From assembly GCA_963795085.1 (NCBI GenBank), contig CAWCFX010000001.1:928001-992000 (forward strand): 64,000 bases of DNA, written 5' to 3'. The DNA comes from an uncultured Gemmatimonadales bacterium. GTDB lineage: Bacteria > Gemmatimonadota > Gemmatimonadetes > Gemmatimonadales > GWC2-71-9. The notes under the pieces are model-generated. The model did not search any database. It had not been told where the DNA came from and saw only the letters and a program-made list of their open reading frames with translations. A program made the position numbers and the translations under genes. Shown here piece by piece: positions 1 through 10,300 of this stretch; position 1 is the stretch's first letter; each line of letters opens with the position of its first letter.

Positions 1-44
1 CAGGCGAGGGTGAGCAGCAGGACCAATCTCAATGCACGTGTCAT
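1..44 (-). CDS. 5' end of a probable exported protein (runs off the left edge)
   Basis: Minus-strand ATG at 44 reads MTRALRLVLLLTLA..., signal-peptide-like; GGTGG upstream. Only 14 codons visible. Confidence 0.4.
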   Translation of the reverse strand, partial: MTRALRLVLLLTLA

Positions 45-171
45 TCGGACCACCAGGTGGAGGATTTCCAGAGTATTGTCCGCGCATTCGGGTTTCGCCA
101 GCCCCCGGCGGACCGGCCGTCGGAACTGCCACCTTGTATCGGGTGTTCCCCCCGAATAGTTTTGCGCTCCC

Positions 172-255
172 GCCGAAGTGGTGGAATTGGTAGACGCGCT
201 GCGTTCAGGGCGCAGTGGGCGCAAGCCCGTGGGGGTTCGAGTCCCCCCTTCGGCA
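172..255 (+). tRNA. tRNA-Leu (anticodon CAG), CCA not encoded
   Basis: GCCGAAG/CTTCGGC acceptor stem, D-loop with TGGTAGAC, anticodon arm CTGCG-TTCAGGG-CGCAG, long variable arm GGGC-GCAA-GCCC, T-arm GGGGG-TTCGAGT-CCCCC. Confidence 0.96.
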
Positions 256-264
256 CTTCAGATC

Positions 265-379
265 GTGAGCAGTGAGCAGTGCGACGCGAACGGGGCTTGG
301 ATGGCGGGATCGGCCGGGGCAGTCCGGCCAATCTTCTCTCCGGCCCCGCTTGCTGCGTACTGCTCACTGCTTACTTTTT
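265..379. repeat. Long hairpin with heptamer-repeat arms, followed by a T-run (possible tRNA terminator)
   Basis: GTGAGCAGTGAGCAGTGCG (265-283) pairs with CGTACTGCTCACTGCTTAC (356-374) allowing G-U; inner CGGGGC/GCCCCG and GGCCGG/CCGGCC stems; TTTTT follows. Confidence 0.7.
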
Positions 380-408
380 ATTAACTTCTTTTCTATCTTG
401 CAGTTACA

Positions 409-891
409 ATGGCGAAGCCGGCTGAGCCCGGGGAGGGCAAACGCTCCATCGCCCGGAACCCCCGGGCAACCTACGACTACCATATCCTGGAAACGTGGGA
501 AGCCGGGGTCGTGCTCACCGGTACCGAGGTCAAGTCGCTCAGAAACGGCAAGGCGTCTATCAAGGAAGCCTTTGCGCGTCTCCGCAACGGGGAGGTGTTC
601 CTGGAAGGGATGAATGTCACCCCCTACGAACAGGGCAACCGCTACAACCACAACCCGGTGCGCTCCCGGAAGCTGTTGCTGCACCGCAAGGAAATCGAGC
701 GCATGATCGGCGCGGTGGAGCAGAAAGGGCTCTCGCTGATTCCGCTGGAAGTGTACTTCAAGGACGGCAAGGCGAAGGTGGCCCTGGCGCTGGGGCGCGG
801 CAAGAAGGAGCACGACCGTCGCGAGGATATCAAGCGCCGGATCGCCGATCGCGAGGTTGCCCGGGCCATCCGGGGGCGGGGAGTTCGATGA
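409..891 (+). CDS. smpB: SsrA-binding protein SmpB
   Basis: IARNPRATYDY, EAGVVLTGTEVKSLR, RKLLLHRKEI, GKKEHDRRE motifs. Confidence 0.97.
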   Translation: MAKPAEPGEGKRSIARNPRATYDYHILETWEAGVVLTGTEVKSLRNGKASIKEAFARLRNGEVFLEGMNVTPYEQGNRYNHNPVRSRKLLLHRKEIERMIGAVEQKGLSLIPLEVYFKDGKAKVALALGRGKKEHDRREDIKRRIADREVARAIRGRGVR

Positions 892-2054
892 TCATCAGTT
901 TGCTGGGCGTTCTGCTTTTCGGGGGGCCGGAACCCCCGCCGACGACCCTCACCGTCATGACGCCCCGGGGGGAATCGCGGATCGCGGTGCGCTATGACCG
1001 GGGCGGCGCCCCGGTGCTCTCCGCCGCCCAACTGGCGCAGGCGCTCACGGGGTCGTTTTCGCTGGCCCGTCCCTGGGCCGATGTCACGTTCGCGCGGCAG
1101 GCCTTCCGCTTTCTTCTCGACGCTCCGTACTATGTGTATCAGGGCCAGGTGAAGCCGCTCGCCGGCCCCGCCTCGGTGCTGCGTGACACGCTCTACCTCC
1201 CGTTCCAGTTTGTCGTCGAGGTGCTGCCCCAGGTCTTTTCGGAGCGCTACCGGTACGATGCGGTCGGCTCCCGGCTGGTCGAGACCGGCCCGCGCACGGC
1301 CGCGGCCCCGCCGGCGGGCCGGCTGCCCAGCGGGCTCAACCGGGGGCACGTGGTTACGGTGGACGCGGGCCACGGCGGCACCGATCCCGGCAACCCGGGA
1401 CTCTACTTTCCCCGCGGCGTCCAGGAAAAGCACGTCACCCTGCAGGTGAGCCAGTTGCTCCGCGCCGAGCTGCAGAAACGGGGGATCCAGGTCCGGATGA
1501 CCCGGACGACCGACACCCTCATCGCGCTGCGGGACCGGCCCCGCTACTGCACCGAAGAGTGCGAGCTGTTCGTGAGCATCCATGTCAATTCGCTGGCCCG
1601 GCGCCGGGGGTACACCGAGCGGCGCGGGTTCGAGACCTATATCATCGGCGAGGCCCGCACCGAGGAGGCCGAGCGGGTGGCCCGGATGGAGAACGACGCC
1701 ATCCGGTTCGAAACCAACGCGGCCCAGGATGCCGCGCCCCAGGGGCTCGACTTCATCCTGCGGGACCTGCAATTGAATGAGCACCTGCGGGAGTCGGCCC
1801 GCGCCGCCGAACTGATCCAGGAACACCTCGACCCGGTGCACACCGGCGACAACCGCGGTGTCAAAGGGGGCCCCTACCACGTGCTCAACGCGGCCCGCCG
1901 CCCCGCGGTGCTGGTGGAACTGGGGTACAGCACCAACCCCGAGGACGCCCGGCTGATGACCCGGCGCTCCAGCCAGGAGGCCCTGGCCGCGGCGATCGCC
2001 GACGCCGTGGTGGCATACCTGCTCGAGTACGAACGAAAGACGGGACGGCCATGA
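888..2054 (+). CDS. N-acetylmuramoyl-L-alanine amidase (Amidase_3)
   Basis: ATGA overlap with smpB stop; hydrophobic N-terminus; DAGHGGTDPG, EK, VSIHVN, AVLVELGY zinc-amidase motifs. Confidence 0.9.
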   Translation: MIISLLGVLLFGGPEPPPTTLTVMTPRGESRIAVRYDRGGAPVLSAAQLAQALTGSFSLARPWADVTFARQAFRFLLDAPYYVYQGQVKPLAGPASVLRDTLYLPFQFVVEVLPQVFSERYRYDAVGSRLVETGPRTAAAPPAGRLPSGLNRGHVVTVDAGHGGTDPGNPGLYFPRGVQEKHVTLQVSQLLRAELQKRGIQVRMTRTTDTLIALRDRPRYCTEECELFVSIHVNSLARRRGYTERRGFETYIIGEARTEEAERVARMENDAIRFETNAAQDAAPQGLDFILRDLQLNEHLRESARAAELIQEHLDPVHTGDNRGVKGGPYHVLNAARRPAVLVELGYSTNPEDARLMTRRSSQEALAAAIADAVVAYLLEYERKTGRP

Positions 2055-3439
2055 GGCGGCTGGCGCTCCTGGCGCTCCTGGCGCTCCTGCCCGGATGCGC
2101 CTATTACAACGGGATGTACAACGCCAACCGGCTGGCCCGCGCGGCGGAGAAGGCCGAACGGGAGGGCCGCACCTTCGACGCCAACAGCCTCTGGGGGCAG
2201 GTCGGGGTCAAGGCGGACACGGTGCTGGCCCGCCACGGCGGCAGCAAGTGGGCCGACAATGCCATGCTGCTACGGGGAAAATCCTACCAGCGCCTGGGGG
2301 ACTGCACCAGCGCGGTGACCGTGCTCCGCGAGCTGCTCGCCGCATCGCCCGACAGCGCCCTGGTCGAGGAGGGGGCCTTCCTGCTGGGCCGCTGCTACCA
2401 GGCCATGGGCAACGTCGAGGATGCCAGCAATGCGTTCCAGCGGCTGGTCAACAGCGCCGACCCGGCACGCCGCAAGGAGGCGCTCTACCAGTATGGCCGT
2501 TCGCTCCGGCTGGGTGGCCGCTACGACGAAGCGCTGGAGTTCCTGGACCGGAGTGACGACGGCCGTGGCGCCGGGGAGCGAATGGCCGCGCTGGCCGGGG
2601 TGGGCCGGCTGGACCAGGCGCTTGCGATCGCCGACTCCCTGGTCATCGCCCAGGACACGACCGCGCCATGGGATTCCACTCTCTCCCTGGTGGGCCGGCA
2701 CGACCTGGCCCGGGCGAGCACGCTGACCGACCGGCTGGTCGACATGCCGGCCGCGCCGCCGGATCGCCGCGCGGCCTGGCTCTTCGCCGACGGCGAACGC
2801 CTGCTCCCCCAGGACTCGGTGCGGGGCCGTGCGCGGGTGGTCCAGTCGCTGGCGGCTGCCCCGGAGGGGGCCGTGGCTCCCTATGCCCGCCTGTTCTTCG
2901 TTCGGGAGCGGATGAAGGCGGTGACCACCGTGGACTCGCTCCGCGTCGTGCGCGCCGACCTGGACGACATGATCCAGATCAGCGGGCCCACCGGCCTTCA
3001 GCTGGGCCGCTACATGCGGGTCGGGAACCTGGTGATTGACGCGGTGGACGCGGTCGCCGCAGGCGCGGCCGCCCCCGACCTGGGGCTGTTCCTCGCCGCG
3101 GAACTGGCCCGGGACTCCCTCGACATGCCCCGGTTCTCGAGCGCCCTGTTTACCCGGGTCGTGCGCGATTACGCCGGCTCGCCCTATGCACCCAAGGCCT
3201 GGCTGGCGCTGGGCGCCACCGAGGACTTCCCCGCCGACTCCGCCACCGCGGTGCTGGTGGCCCGGTATTCTGACAGTCCGTATTATCTCGCCGCCCGGGG
3301 CGAGGCCGCGCCCGGCTTTGCCGCCCTCGAAGACTCGCTCAACCAGTTCGCCAATGCCATGCGCCGGGCGGCGCGACCCTTTAATCCCAACATCCGCCGG
3401 CCAGCGACCTCCACCCCTACCACCCGGCTGCCCGATTGA
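2051..3439 (+). CDS. TPR-repeat lipoprotein
   Basis: Lipobox LPGC; repeated helical TPR-like segments; ATGA-coupled to the amidase. Confidence 0.8.
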   Translation: MRRLALLALLALLPGCAYYNGMYNANRLARAAEKAEREGRTFDANSLWGQVGVKADTVLARHGGSKWADNAMLLRGKSYQRLGDCTSAVTVLRELLAASPDSALVEEGAFLLGRCYQAMGNVEDASNAFQRLVNSADPARRKEALYQYGRSLRLGGRYDEALEFLDRSDDGRGAGERMAALAGVGRLDQALAIADSLVIAQDTTAPWDSTLSLVGRHDLARASTLTDRLVDMPAAPPDRRAAWLFADGERLLPQDSVRGRARVVQSLAAAPEGAVAPYARLFFVRERMKAVTTVDSLRVVRADLDDMIQISGPTGLQLGRYMRVGNLVIDAVDAVAAGAAAPDLGLFLAAELARDSLDMPRFSSALFTRVVRDYAGSPYAPKAWLALGATEDFPADSATAVLVARYSDSPYYLAARGEAAPGFAALEDSLNQFANAMRRAARPFNPNIRRPATSTPTTRLPD

Positions 3440-4311
3440 TCCCGCCGCCGTCCGAGATGGCCCGGGTGGTCTTCGGCGCGCACTTCCAGAATCCGGTCCT
3501 TCTCGCCGCCGGCACCGCGGGATTCGGCCGCGAACTCGTCGGGGTCATGGACCTTGAGGCCCTGGGCGGGCTGGTCACCAAGGCGGTGTCCCGCGATGCC
3601 CGCCCGGGGAACGCGGCGCCCCGGGTGGCGGAGTTTCCGGGGGGCATGCTCAACGCGATCGGTCTGGCCAACCCCGGACTCGACCACGTGCTCGCGGACG
3701 AACTGCCCTGGCTGGCGGCCCGGCTCACCCGGGCCCGGGTGCTCGTCAACGTGGTGGGATTCACCGAGGACGAATACGTCCAGGTGGTCCAGGGGCTGGA
3801 GGCGGCCCCCGGAATCACCGCGCTGGAACTGAACCTCTCCTGCCCCAATACCTCCCGTGGGGGCATCGAGTTCGGCGCCGACGGCCCGTCGGTCAGCCGG
3901 ATCATCGAGCGGTGCCGGGCCGTCACCAGCCGCCCGATCATCGCCAAGCTCTCGCCCGCGCTGCCGGATATCGCCGGCATGGCCCTCGTCGCGCGGGACG
4001 CGGGTGCCGACGGGGTATCCCTGGTGAATACCATACCCGGCTTTCTCTATGACGAGGAAGGCGCTCCGCGGCTGGGAAACGGCAACGGCGGGGTGAGCGG
4101 TCCCGCCCTCCTGCCGGTAGGGCTGCTCGCCACCCGGCGGGTCCGGGAGAAAGCGCCGGGTTTCCCCATCATCGGGGTCGGCGGAGTACGCACCGCCGGA
4201 GACGTCCGCCAGTACCTCGAGGCGGGAGCCTCGCTCGTCGCTATCGGGACGGCGGCGCTGGCCGATCCCCGGCTCCCGGAACGGGTGGTTCGCGAGCTGG
4301 CCCATGGCTGA
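3436..4311 (+). CDS. pyrD: Dihydroorotate dehydrogenase, family 1 catalytic subunit
   Basis: NPVLLAAGT, GMLNAIGLANPG, NLSCPN, KLSP, GGVSGPA, IIGVGGV. Confidence 0.93.
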   Translation: MIPPPSEMARVVFGAHFQNPVLLAAGTAGFGRELVGVMDLEALGGLVTKAVSRDARPGNAAPRVAEFPGGMLNAIGLANPGLDHVLADELPWLAARLTRARVLVNVVGFTEDEYVQVVQGLEAAPGITALELNLSCPNTSRGGIEFGADGPSVSRIIERCRAVTSRPIIAKLSPALPDIAGMALVARDAGADGVSLVNTIPGFLYDEEGAPRLGNGNGGVSGPALLPVGLLATRRVREKAPGFPIIGVGGVRTAGDVRQYLEAGASLVAIGTAALADPRLPERVVRELAHG

Positions 4312-4984
4312 AGTCGTCCTCGCCCTGGACCTGGCCAGCGCCGATGCCGCCCGGCGGCTGCTGGACCGGCTGCCGGCGCTCCGGTGGGTCAAGGTGGGGA
4401 GTATCCTGATGACCCGCGAAGGCGCTCCGCTGATCCACGAACTGCGGCGCCGGGCACTCGATGTCTTTCTCGATCTCAAGTGGCATGATATTCCCAATAC
4501 CGTCGCGGGCGCGGTGGAGGCTGCCCTCGACCTGGGCGTCGCCATGGCCACGGTCCACACCCTGGGCGGGGTGCGAATGATGGAAGCGGCGGCCCGGGCC
4601 GCAGATGGACGAGTCCGGCTCGTGGGGGTGACAGTGCTGACCTCTCATGACGACACCGGCTACGGCGAGGCGGTCGGGAGGGCCGGGATAGGGACGGGGA
4701 TCGAGGCGCTCCGGCTGGCCCGGCTGGCCCGTTCGGCAGGGCTCGACGGGGTGGTCTGTTCGGCGCACGAAGTGGCGGAGGTCCGCCATGCGCTGGGGCC
4801 CGAAGCGCTGGTGGTGGTACCCGGTATTCGCCGGGCGGAGGACCAGGCGGGAGACCAGCGCCGGGTCGCCACCCCGGAAGCGGCGGTCGCGGCCGGGGCC
4901 ACTCACCTGGTAGTGGGCCGCCCGGTGACCGAATCCAGAGTTCCCGAGGAAGCGTTGCGCGCCATGATGACGGTGACAGAATGA
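4304..4984 (+). CDS. pyrF: Orotidine-5'-phosphate decarboxylase
   Basis: VFLDLKWHDIPNTV, VTVLTS, VPGIR, DQRRVATP, LVVGRP. Confidence 0.96.
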   Translation: MAEVVLALDLASADAARRLLDRLPALRWVKVGSILMTREGAPLIHELRRRALDVFLDLKWHDIPNTVAGAVEAALDLGVAMATVHTLGGVRMMEAAARAADGRVRLVGVTVLTSHDDTGYGEAVGRAGIGTGIEALRLARLARSAGLDGVVCSAHEVAEVRHALGPEALVVVPGIRRAEDQAGDQRRVATPEAAVAAGATHLVVGRPVTESRVPEEALRAMMTVTE

Positions 4985-5400
4985 GATGGACGCTGGCCGT
5001 GCTGGCCCTGGCCCTGCCGGGGATGGCGCTGGCCCAGGAAGACCGGGTTCCGCTCCAGGTGGTCGCCGAAGAGACCCGGGGGTTCTGGCAGCGGCAGGAC
5101 GCCGCCGGTATCGTGGCCCGGAGCTCCCAGCTGGTAATCCAGTTGCCCGGTGCGGATCCCTCCGCGCCGGTCGAGCGCCGGCAGGCCGCCAAGCTGCTGG
5201 CCGATTTCTTCGAGCGGTCGGAGGAGGTGGAAACGGTGCTCAGCGATGCCCAGGAACTGGAGAACGGCTGGGGGCTGGTCGAACTGCGCCGCCGCTACCG
5301 GGTCCGGGGCACCCAGGAGGTCCGCGACCAGCTGCTCCTGCTCGGCTATCGCCAGGCTGGGCGGAGCTGGGCACTGGTGGAACTCCGGGTGGGACGGTAG
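4981..5400 (+). CDS. Exported hypothetical protein (possibly NTF2-like fold)
   Basis: Signal peptide ending ALA-Q; ATGA-coupled to pyrF. Fold is a guess. Confidence 0.65.
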   Translation: MRWTLAVLALALPGMALAQEDRVPLQVVAEETRGFWQRQDAAGIVARSSQLVIQLPGADPSAPVERRQAAKLLADFFERSEEVETVLSDAQELENGWGLVELRRRYRVRGTQEVRDQLLLLGYRQAGRSWALVELRVGR

Positions 5401-5441
5401 GGTAGGGCGACGCCTTCGGTTCCCCCTGTAATGCGCGGGTC

Positions 5442-5810
5442 ATGCCTCAGATACTCATCATCGACGACGATCCCGATATCCGCCGCCTGCTCCGCGCCGC
5501 ACTGGAAACGGGCGGCCACTCGGTGCTGGAGGCCGCCGACGGGGCAACCGGCGTCCGGGCCTGGCGGGCCAGCCGCCCCGACCTGGTCATCACCGACCTG
5601 CAGATGCCGGGGAAAGATGGGCTCGACACCCTCTTCGAACTGGTGAACCTGGACGCAGGCGTCAAGGTGATCGCGATGACCGGGGGGAACTGGCGGGAGG
5701 CGGTGGACCGGCTGCACGATGCCCGGCTCTTCGGGGCGCTGCGGACGGTGGCTAAACCCTTCACCTTAAGCGAGATGGTCCGGGTGGTCGGCGAGGTGCT
5801 GGCGGGGTAG
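5442..5810 (+). CDS. Single-domain response regulator
   Basis: [24 protein letters not shown] receiver motifs. Confidence 0.9.
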   Translation: MPQILIIDDDPDIRRLLRAALETGGHSVLEAADGATGVRAWRASRPDLVITDLQMPGKDGLDTLFELVNLDAGVKVIAMTGGNWREAVDRLHDARLFGALRTVAKPFTLSEMVRVVGEVLAG

Positions 5811-5855
5811 CCGAGGGGCGCGAGGCTCAGCCCTATCCTGCGCGGTAACTTGGGG

Positions 5856-5884
5856 TTGCCCGGCACTCGGGGCCTGCCTATATT
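5856..5884 (+). promoter_or_regulatory. Putative sigma70 promoter of the rpmJ-rplQ operon
   Basis: TTGCCC-N17-TATATT, followed by an AGGAG SD before rpmJ. Confidence 0.6.
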
Positions 5885-5920
5885 GGGCAGCTAGCCCTGA
5901 AACCGGTTCGAGGAGCTTTC

Positions 5921-6037
5921 GTGAAGGTACGTTCCAGCGTCAAGCCGATCTGCGAGCACTGCAAGGTGATCAAGCGCCAAGGCGTGATTCGCATTATCTG
6001 CAAGCGCAATCCCAAACACAAACAGCGGCAAGGCTAA
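5921..6037 (+). CDS. rpmJ: 50S ribosomal protein L36 (missed by the ORF track)
   Basis: GTG start; [38 protein letters not shown], zinc-ribbon (C+) form; TAATG overlap with rpsM. Confidence 0.97.
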   Translation: MKVRSSVKPICEHCKVIKRQGVIRIICKRNPKHKQRQG

Positions 6038-6417
6038 TGGCGCGAATTGCTGGCGTGGATCTGCCGCGCGAGAAGCGGGTCGAGATCGCGCTTACCTACA
6101 TCTTTGGCATTGGCCGCCCGACCAGTGGCCGGATTCTCAGCGAAACCGGCGTCAGCCCCTCGGCCCGGGTGCGCGACCTTTCCGACGCCGAAGTGGCCCG
6201 GCTCCGGCAGTACATCGAACGGACCATCAAGGTCGAGGGCTCCCTCCGGACCGAAGTCGCCATGAACATCAAGCGGCTGATGGATATCGGCAGTTACCGT
6301 GGGATCCGGCACCGCCGGGGACTCCCGGTCCGCGGTCAGCGGACCCATACCAATGCGCGAACCAAGAAGGGTCCGCGCCGGGCCATCGCAGGTAAGAAGA
6401 AGGCGACCAAGAAGTAA
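6037..6417 (+). CDS. rpsM: 30S ribosomal protein S13
   Basis: [45 protein letters not shown]. Confidence 0.98.
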   Translation: MARIAGVDLPREKRVEIALTYIFGIGRPTSGRILSETGVSPSARVRDLSDAEVARLRQYIERTIKVEGSLRTEVAMNIKRLMDIGSYRGIRHRRGLPVRGQRTHTNARTKKGPRRAIAGKKKATKK

Positions 6418-6420
6418 CCT

Positions 6421-6816
6421 ATGACTGCACCGACCAAACCTACGGGCGCCAAGCGCTCCAAGAAGATCGTCGAGTCCGAGGGCGTTGCCCACATCTCGGC
6501 GACGTTCAATAACCTGCTGATCACCATCACCGATTCCAAGGGGAACACGGTGGCGTGGGGATCGGCGGGCAAAGCGGGGTTCAAGGGCTCCAAGAAGTCC
6601 ACGCCCTTCGCCGCCACCGTGGCGGCCGAGAACTGCGCCCGCGAAGCCATGAACCTGGGTGTGCGCCGGGTTCACGTCCGGGTGCAGGGTCCCGGCAGCG
6701 GCCGCGAGTCCGCCATCCAGGCCATTGCGTCGGTCGGCATCCGGGTCGTTTCCATCCGGGACGTCACCCCGATTCCGCACAACGGTTGCCGCCCTCCCAA
6801 GAAGCGGAGGGTCTGA
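6421..6816 (+). CDS. rpsK: 30S ribosomal protein S11
   Basis: [31 protein letters not shown]. Confidence 0.98.
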   Translation: MTAPTKPTGAKRSKKIVESEGVAHISATFNNLLITITDSKGNTVAWGSAGKAGFKGSKKSTPFAATVAAENCAREAMNLGVRRVHVRVQGPGSGRESAIQAIASVGIRVVSIRDVTPIPHNGCRPPKKRRV

Positions 6817-6819
6817 GCC

Positions 6820-7455
6820 ATGTCACGCTATATCGGTCCCAGTTGCCGCCAGTGCCGCCGCGAAGGCGTCAAGTTGTACCTCAAGGGAGCCAAGTGCCTC
6901 ACCGACAAGTGCCCGGTGGAGCGGCGGCCCTACCCCGCGGGCCAGCATGGCCAGTCGGGCGGGCGGAGCCGCAAGGCCTCGGAGTATTCCAAGCAGTTGC
7001 GTGAAAAGCAGAAGGTCAAGCGGATGTACGGGCTGTCCGAAGGCCAGTTCCGGAACCTCTTCGACACCGCGGCCAGCCTGCCCGGCGTCAAGGGCACCAA
7101 CCTGCTGGTGGCGCTCGAGACCCGGCTGGACAACATCGTTTACCGCCTGGGCTTTGCGTCCAGTCGCAAGGATGCCCGCCAGTTCATCCGTCACGGCCAT
7201 ATCCAGGTCAACGGCGGCAAGGTGAACATCCCGTCGTTCAAGGTCCTGCCCGGCATGGAAGTGCGGGTGGCGGCGGACAGCCGGGAGATGGTGCGGGTCA
7301 AGCTGGCCCAGGAACTCCAGGCGCGGGGCGCCCCGGTTTCCTGGTTGAGCGTGGACAGCGACAAGGCGGTTGGCCGCCTCACCGAGCGCCCGACCCGGGA
7401 CGCCATTCCCATCAACGCACAGGAACAGCTCATCGTCGAGCTGTACTCGAAGTGA
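6820..7455 (+). CDS. rpsD: 30S ribosomal protein S4
   Basis: MSRYIGPSCRQCRREG; LETRLDNIVYRLG; EQLIVELYSK. Confidence 0.98.
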   Translation: MSRYIGPSCRQCRREGVKLYLKGAKCLTDKCPVERRPYPAGQHGQSGGRSRKASEYSKQLREKQKVKRMYGLSEGQFRNLFDTAASLPGVKGTNLLVALETRLDNIVYRLGFASSRKDARQFIRHGHIQVNGGKVNIPSFKVLPGMEVRVAADSREMVRVKLAQELQARGAPVSWLSVDSDKAVGRLTERPTRDAIPINAQEQLIVELYSK

Positions 7456-8528
7456 CCATGAGCATTGACCTTACTGGACTGGTCCGTCCCCATCTCGTCG
7501 AGATGACCAAGCGGGACGACAACCCGAACGTCGCCGAGTTCCGGCTGCAGCCGCTGGAGCGTGGCTTCGGCTACACGCTGGGCAACTCGATCCGGCGCCT
7601 GCTCCTCTCCTCGCTCCGAGGCACCGCGGTCTGGGGCTTCCGCCTCGACGGCGTGGTGCACGAGCACCAGACCGTGCCGGGCGTCCTCGAGGATATCCAC
7701 CAGGTCATCCAGCGGCTCAAATCGCTGGCCCTGGTGCTGGCCGAAGAGACCGACGAGGCCATTCTCAAGATCAAGCGGGACACCGCTGGTCCGGTCTATG
7801 CCCGGGACCTCACGCCCCACGGCTCCGTCACCATCGTGAACCCGGACCACCTGCTGTTCACGCTGCAGGACGACCGGGAGATCAACGGTGAGTTGTACGT
7901 CGGCAAGGGGCGCGGGTATGTCGAGGCCGAACTCCACGTGGTGGACCGCTCGCTGCCGGTGGACCTGGTCCGCATTGACGCGATCTACAACCCGGTGCGC
8001 CGTGCCAACTTCGTGGTGGCCGAGACCCGGGTGGGTCAGCGCACCGACTACGACCGGCTGGTCGTGACCGTCGAGACCAACGGCACCATTACCCCGGAAG
8101 ACGCGATCGCCTACGCGGCCGCGCTGGCCCAGGAGCACTTCCGCTACTTCGTCGAGTTCGGCAAGGTGCCCACCATGCGGCCCGACCGCGCGGTGGCCGG
8201 CGCCGCGGCCGGCTCCCAGCTGCGCGACCGGCTGGCCCGCCCGATCGACGACTTCGGGCTCTCGGTCCGATCGCTGAACTCGCTCAAGAATTCCAACATC
8301 CGGACCCTGGCTGACCTGGTCCAGTACCCGGAAGAAGACCTGCTCAAGGTCAAGAACGTCGGCGAGAAGGCGCTTTCCGAGATCGCCGAGCTGCTGCGCC
8401 GGGAAGACCTCAACTTCGGCATGGCGTTCGAGGACCTCGAGGGCGATGTTCGGATCACCAAGGCGGGCACTCCGCCGTCGGCCTCCACCGCGGCGGCCTC
8501 CGCTGACGACCTGGGAGACGAGGGCTAA
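7452..8528 (+). CDS. rpoA: RNA polymerase subunit alpha
   Basis: PLERGFGYTLGNSIRRLLLSS; RVGQRTDYDRL; CTD LSVRSLNSLK. Start may be the ATG at 7458. Confidence 0.98.
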   Translation: MTMSIDLTGLVRPHLVEMTKRDDNPNVAEFRLQPLERGFGYTLGNSIRRLLLSSLRGTAVWGFRLDGVVHEHQTVPGVLEDIHQVIQRLKSLALVLAEETDEAILKIKRDTAGPVYARDLTPHGSVTIVNPDHLLFTLQDDREINGELYVGKGRGYVEAELHVVDRSLPVDLVRIDAIYNPVRRANFVVAETRVGQRTDYDRLVVTVETNGTITPEDAIAYAAALAQEHFRYFVEFGKVPTMRPDRAVAGAAAGSQLRDRLARPIDDFGLSVRSLNSLKNSNIRTLADLVQYPEEDLLKVKNVGEKALSEIAELLRREDLNFGMAFEDLEGDVRITKAGTPPSASTAAASADDLGDEG

Positions 8529-8884
8529 TGCGCCACAACGCCAAGGGGCGGCAACTCTCCCGCACCGCGACCCACCGGCGGGCCATGCTCAACAACATGG
8601 CGGCCAGCCTGTTCGCCCACGGTGGTGTCACCACCACCGAGGCCAAGGCCAAGGAACTGCGGCCCTTCGCCGAGAAGCTGATCACCATGGCGCGCCGGGG
8701 CGACCTGCATTCCCGCCGGCTGGTCGAGCGCAAGATCAAGGACCGGGAGATCACCCATAAGCTGTTTACCGAGATCGGGCCCCGGTTCGCCGCGCGGCCC
8801 GGCGGCTACACCCGGATTCTCAAGTTGGGTCACCGGGTGGGAGACGGTGCCGATGTCGCCAAGATCGAGCTGCTGCCGGAGTGA
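8528..8884 (+). CDS. rplQ: 50S ribosomal protein L17
   Basis: MRHNAKGRQLSRTATHRRAML; RPGGYTRILK. Confidence 0.98.
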   Translation: MRHNAKGRQLSRTATHRRAMLNNMAASLFAHGGVTTTEAKAKELRPFAEKLITMARRGDLHSRRLVERKIKDREITHKLFTEIGPRFAARPGGYTRILKLGHRVGDGADVAKIELLPE

Positions 8885-8919
8885 CCGGACTGGGCAGGTG
8901 CAGAGCGGCAGGACATACG

Positions 8920-8946
8920 AAAGGGGACCTCGGGGTCCCCTTTTTT
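8920..8946. terminator. Intrinsic terminator, probably bidirectional, between rplQ and rpmB
   Basis: AAAGGGGACC-TCGG-GGTCCCCTTTTTT between convergent genes. Confidence 0.85.
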
Positions 8947-8990
8947 ATGGTGGGTCGATGAAGGGCCGGGCGTGGCGCCTGACCACACCC

Positions 8991-9209
8991 TTACGCGGTG
9001 ACGGCCTGCCGGGGGGCCTTGCGGGCCTTCTGGACCTTGTTCCCCTTGATGCACTGGGTGCAGACCCGCACCCGCTTCGGCTGGCCGTTGACCTCGACCC
9101 GGACGGTCTGGAGGTTGGGGTACCACCGGCGGTTGGTCCGGTTGTTGGCATGGCTTACGTTATGCCCGGTGATCGGTCCCTTGCCACAGACAGTGCAGAT
9201 GCGCGCCAT
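8991..9209 (-). CDS. rpmB: 50S ribosomal protein L28
   Basis: [10 protein letters not shown]...[20 protein letters not shown]...VCTQCIK. Confidence 0.97.
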   Translation of the reverse strand: MARICTVCGKGPITGHNVSHANNRTNRRWYPNLQTVRVEVNGQPKRVRVCTQCIKGNKVQKARKAPRQAVTA

Positions 9210-9264
9210 ACGGGTCTCGTCCTTATGAAATGCCGTGCCAAGTCGTTATCGCAAACAGTCTTGA

Positions 9265-10275
<1,011 letters not shown>

Positions 10276-10300
10276 ACCGCCGCGCCCTGCGCGCTGCCCT

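Noticed and set aside
41..613. Short ORFs overlapping the tRNA and hairpin
   Set aside because: They translate tRNA-Leu and repeat sequence; no protein signal.
409..891. tmRNA gene next to smpB
   Set aside because: No ssrA 5' end, tag frame or CCA-ending 3' end found nearby.
2060..2089. 9-bp repeat (CTGGCGCTC)3 as a phase-variation site
   Set aside because: In-frame unit encoding LAL in a signal peptide; slippage would not shift the frame.
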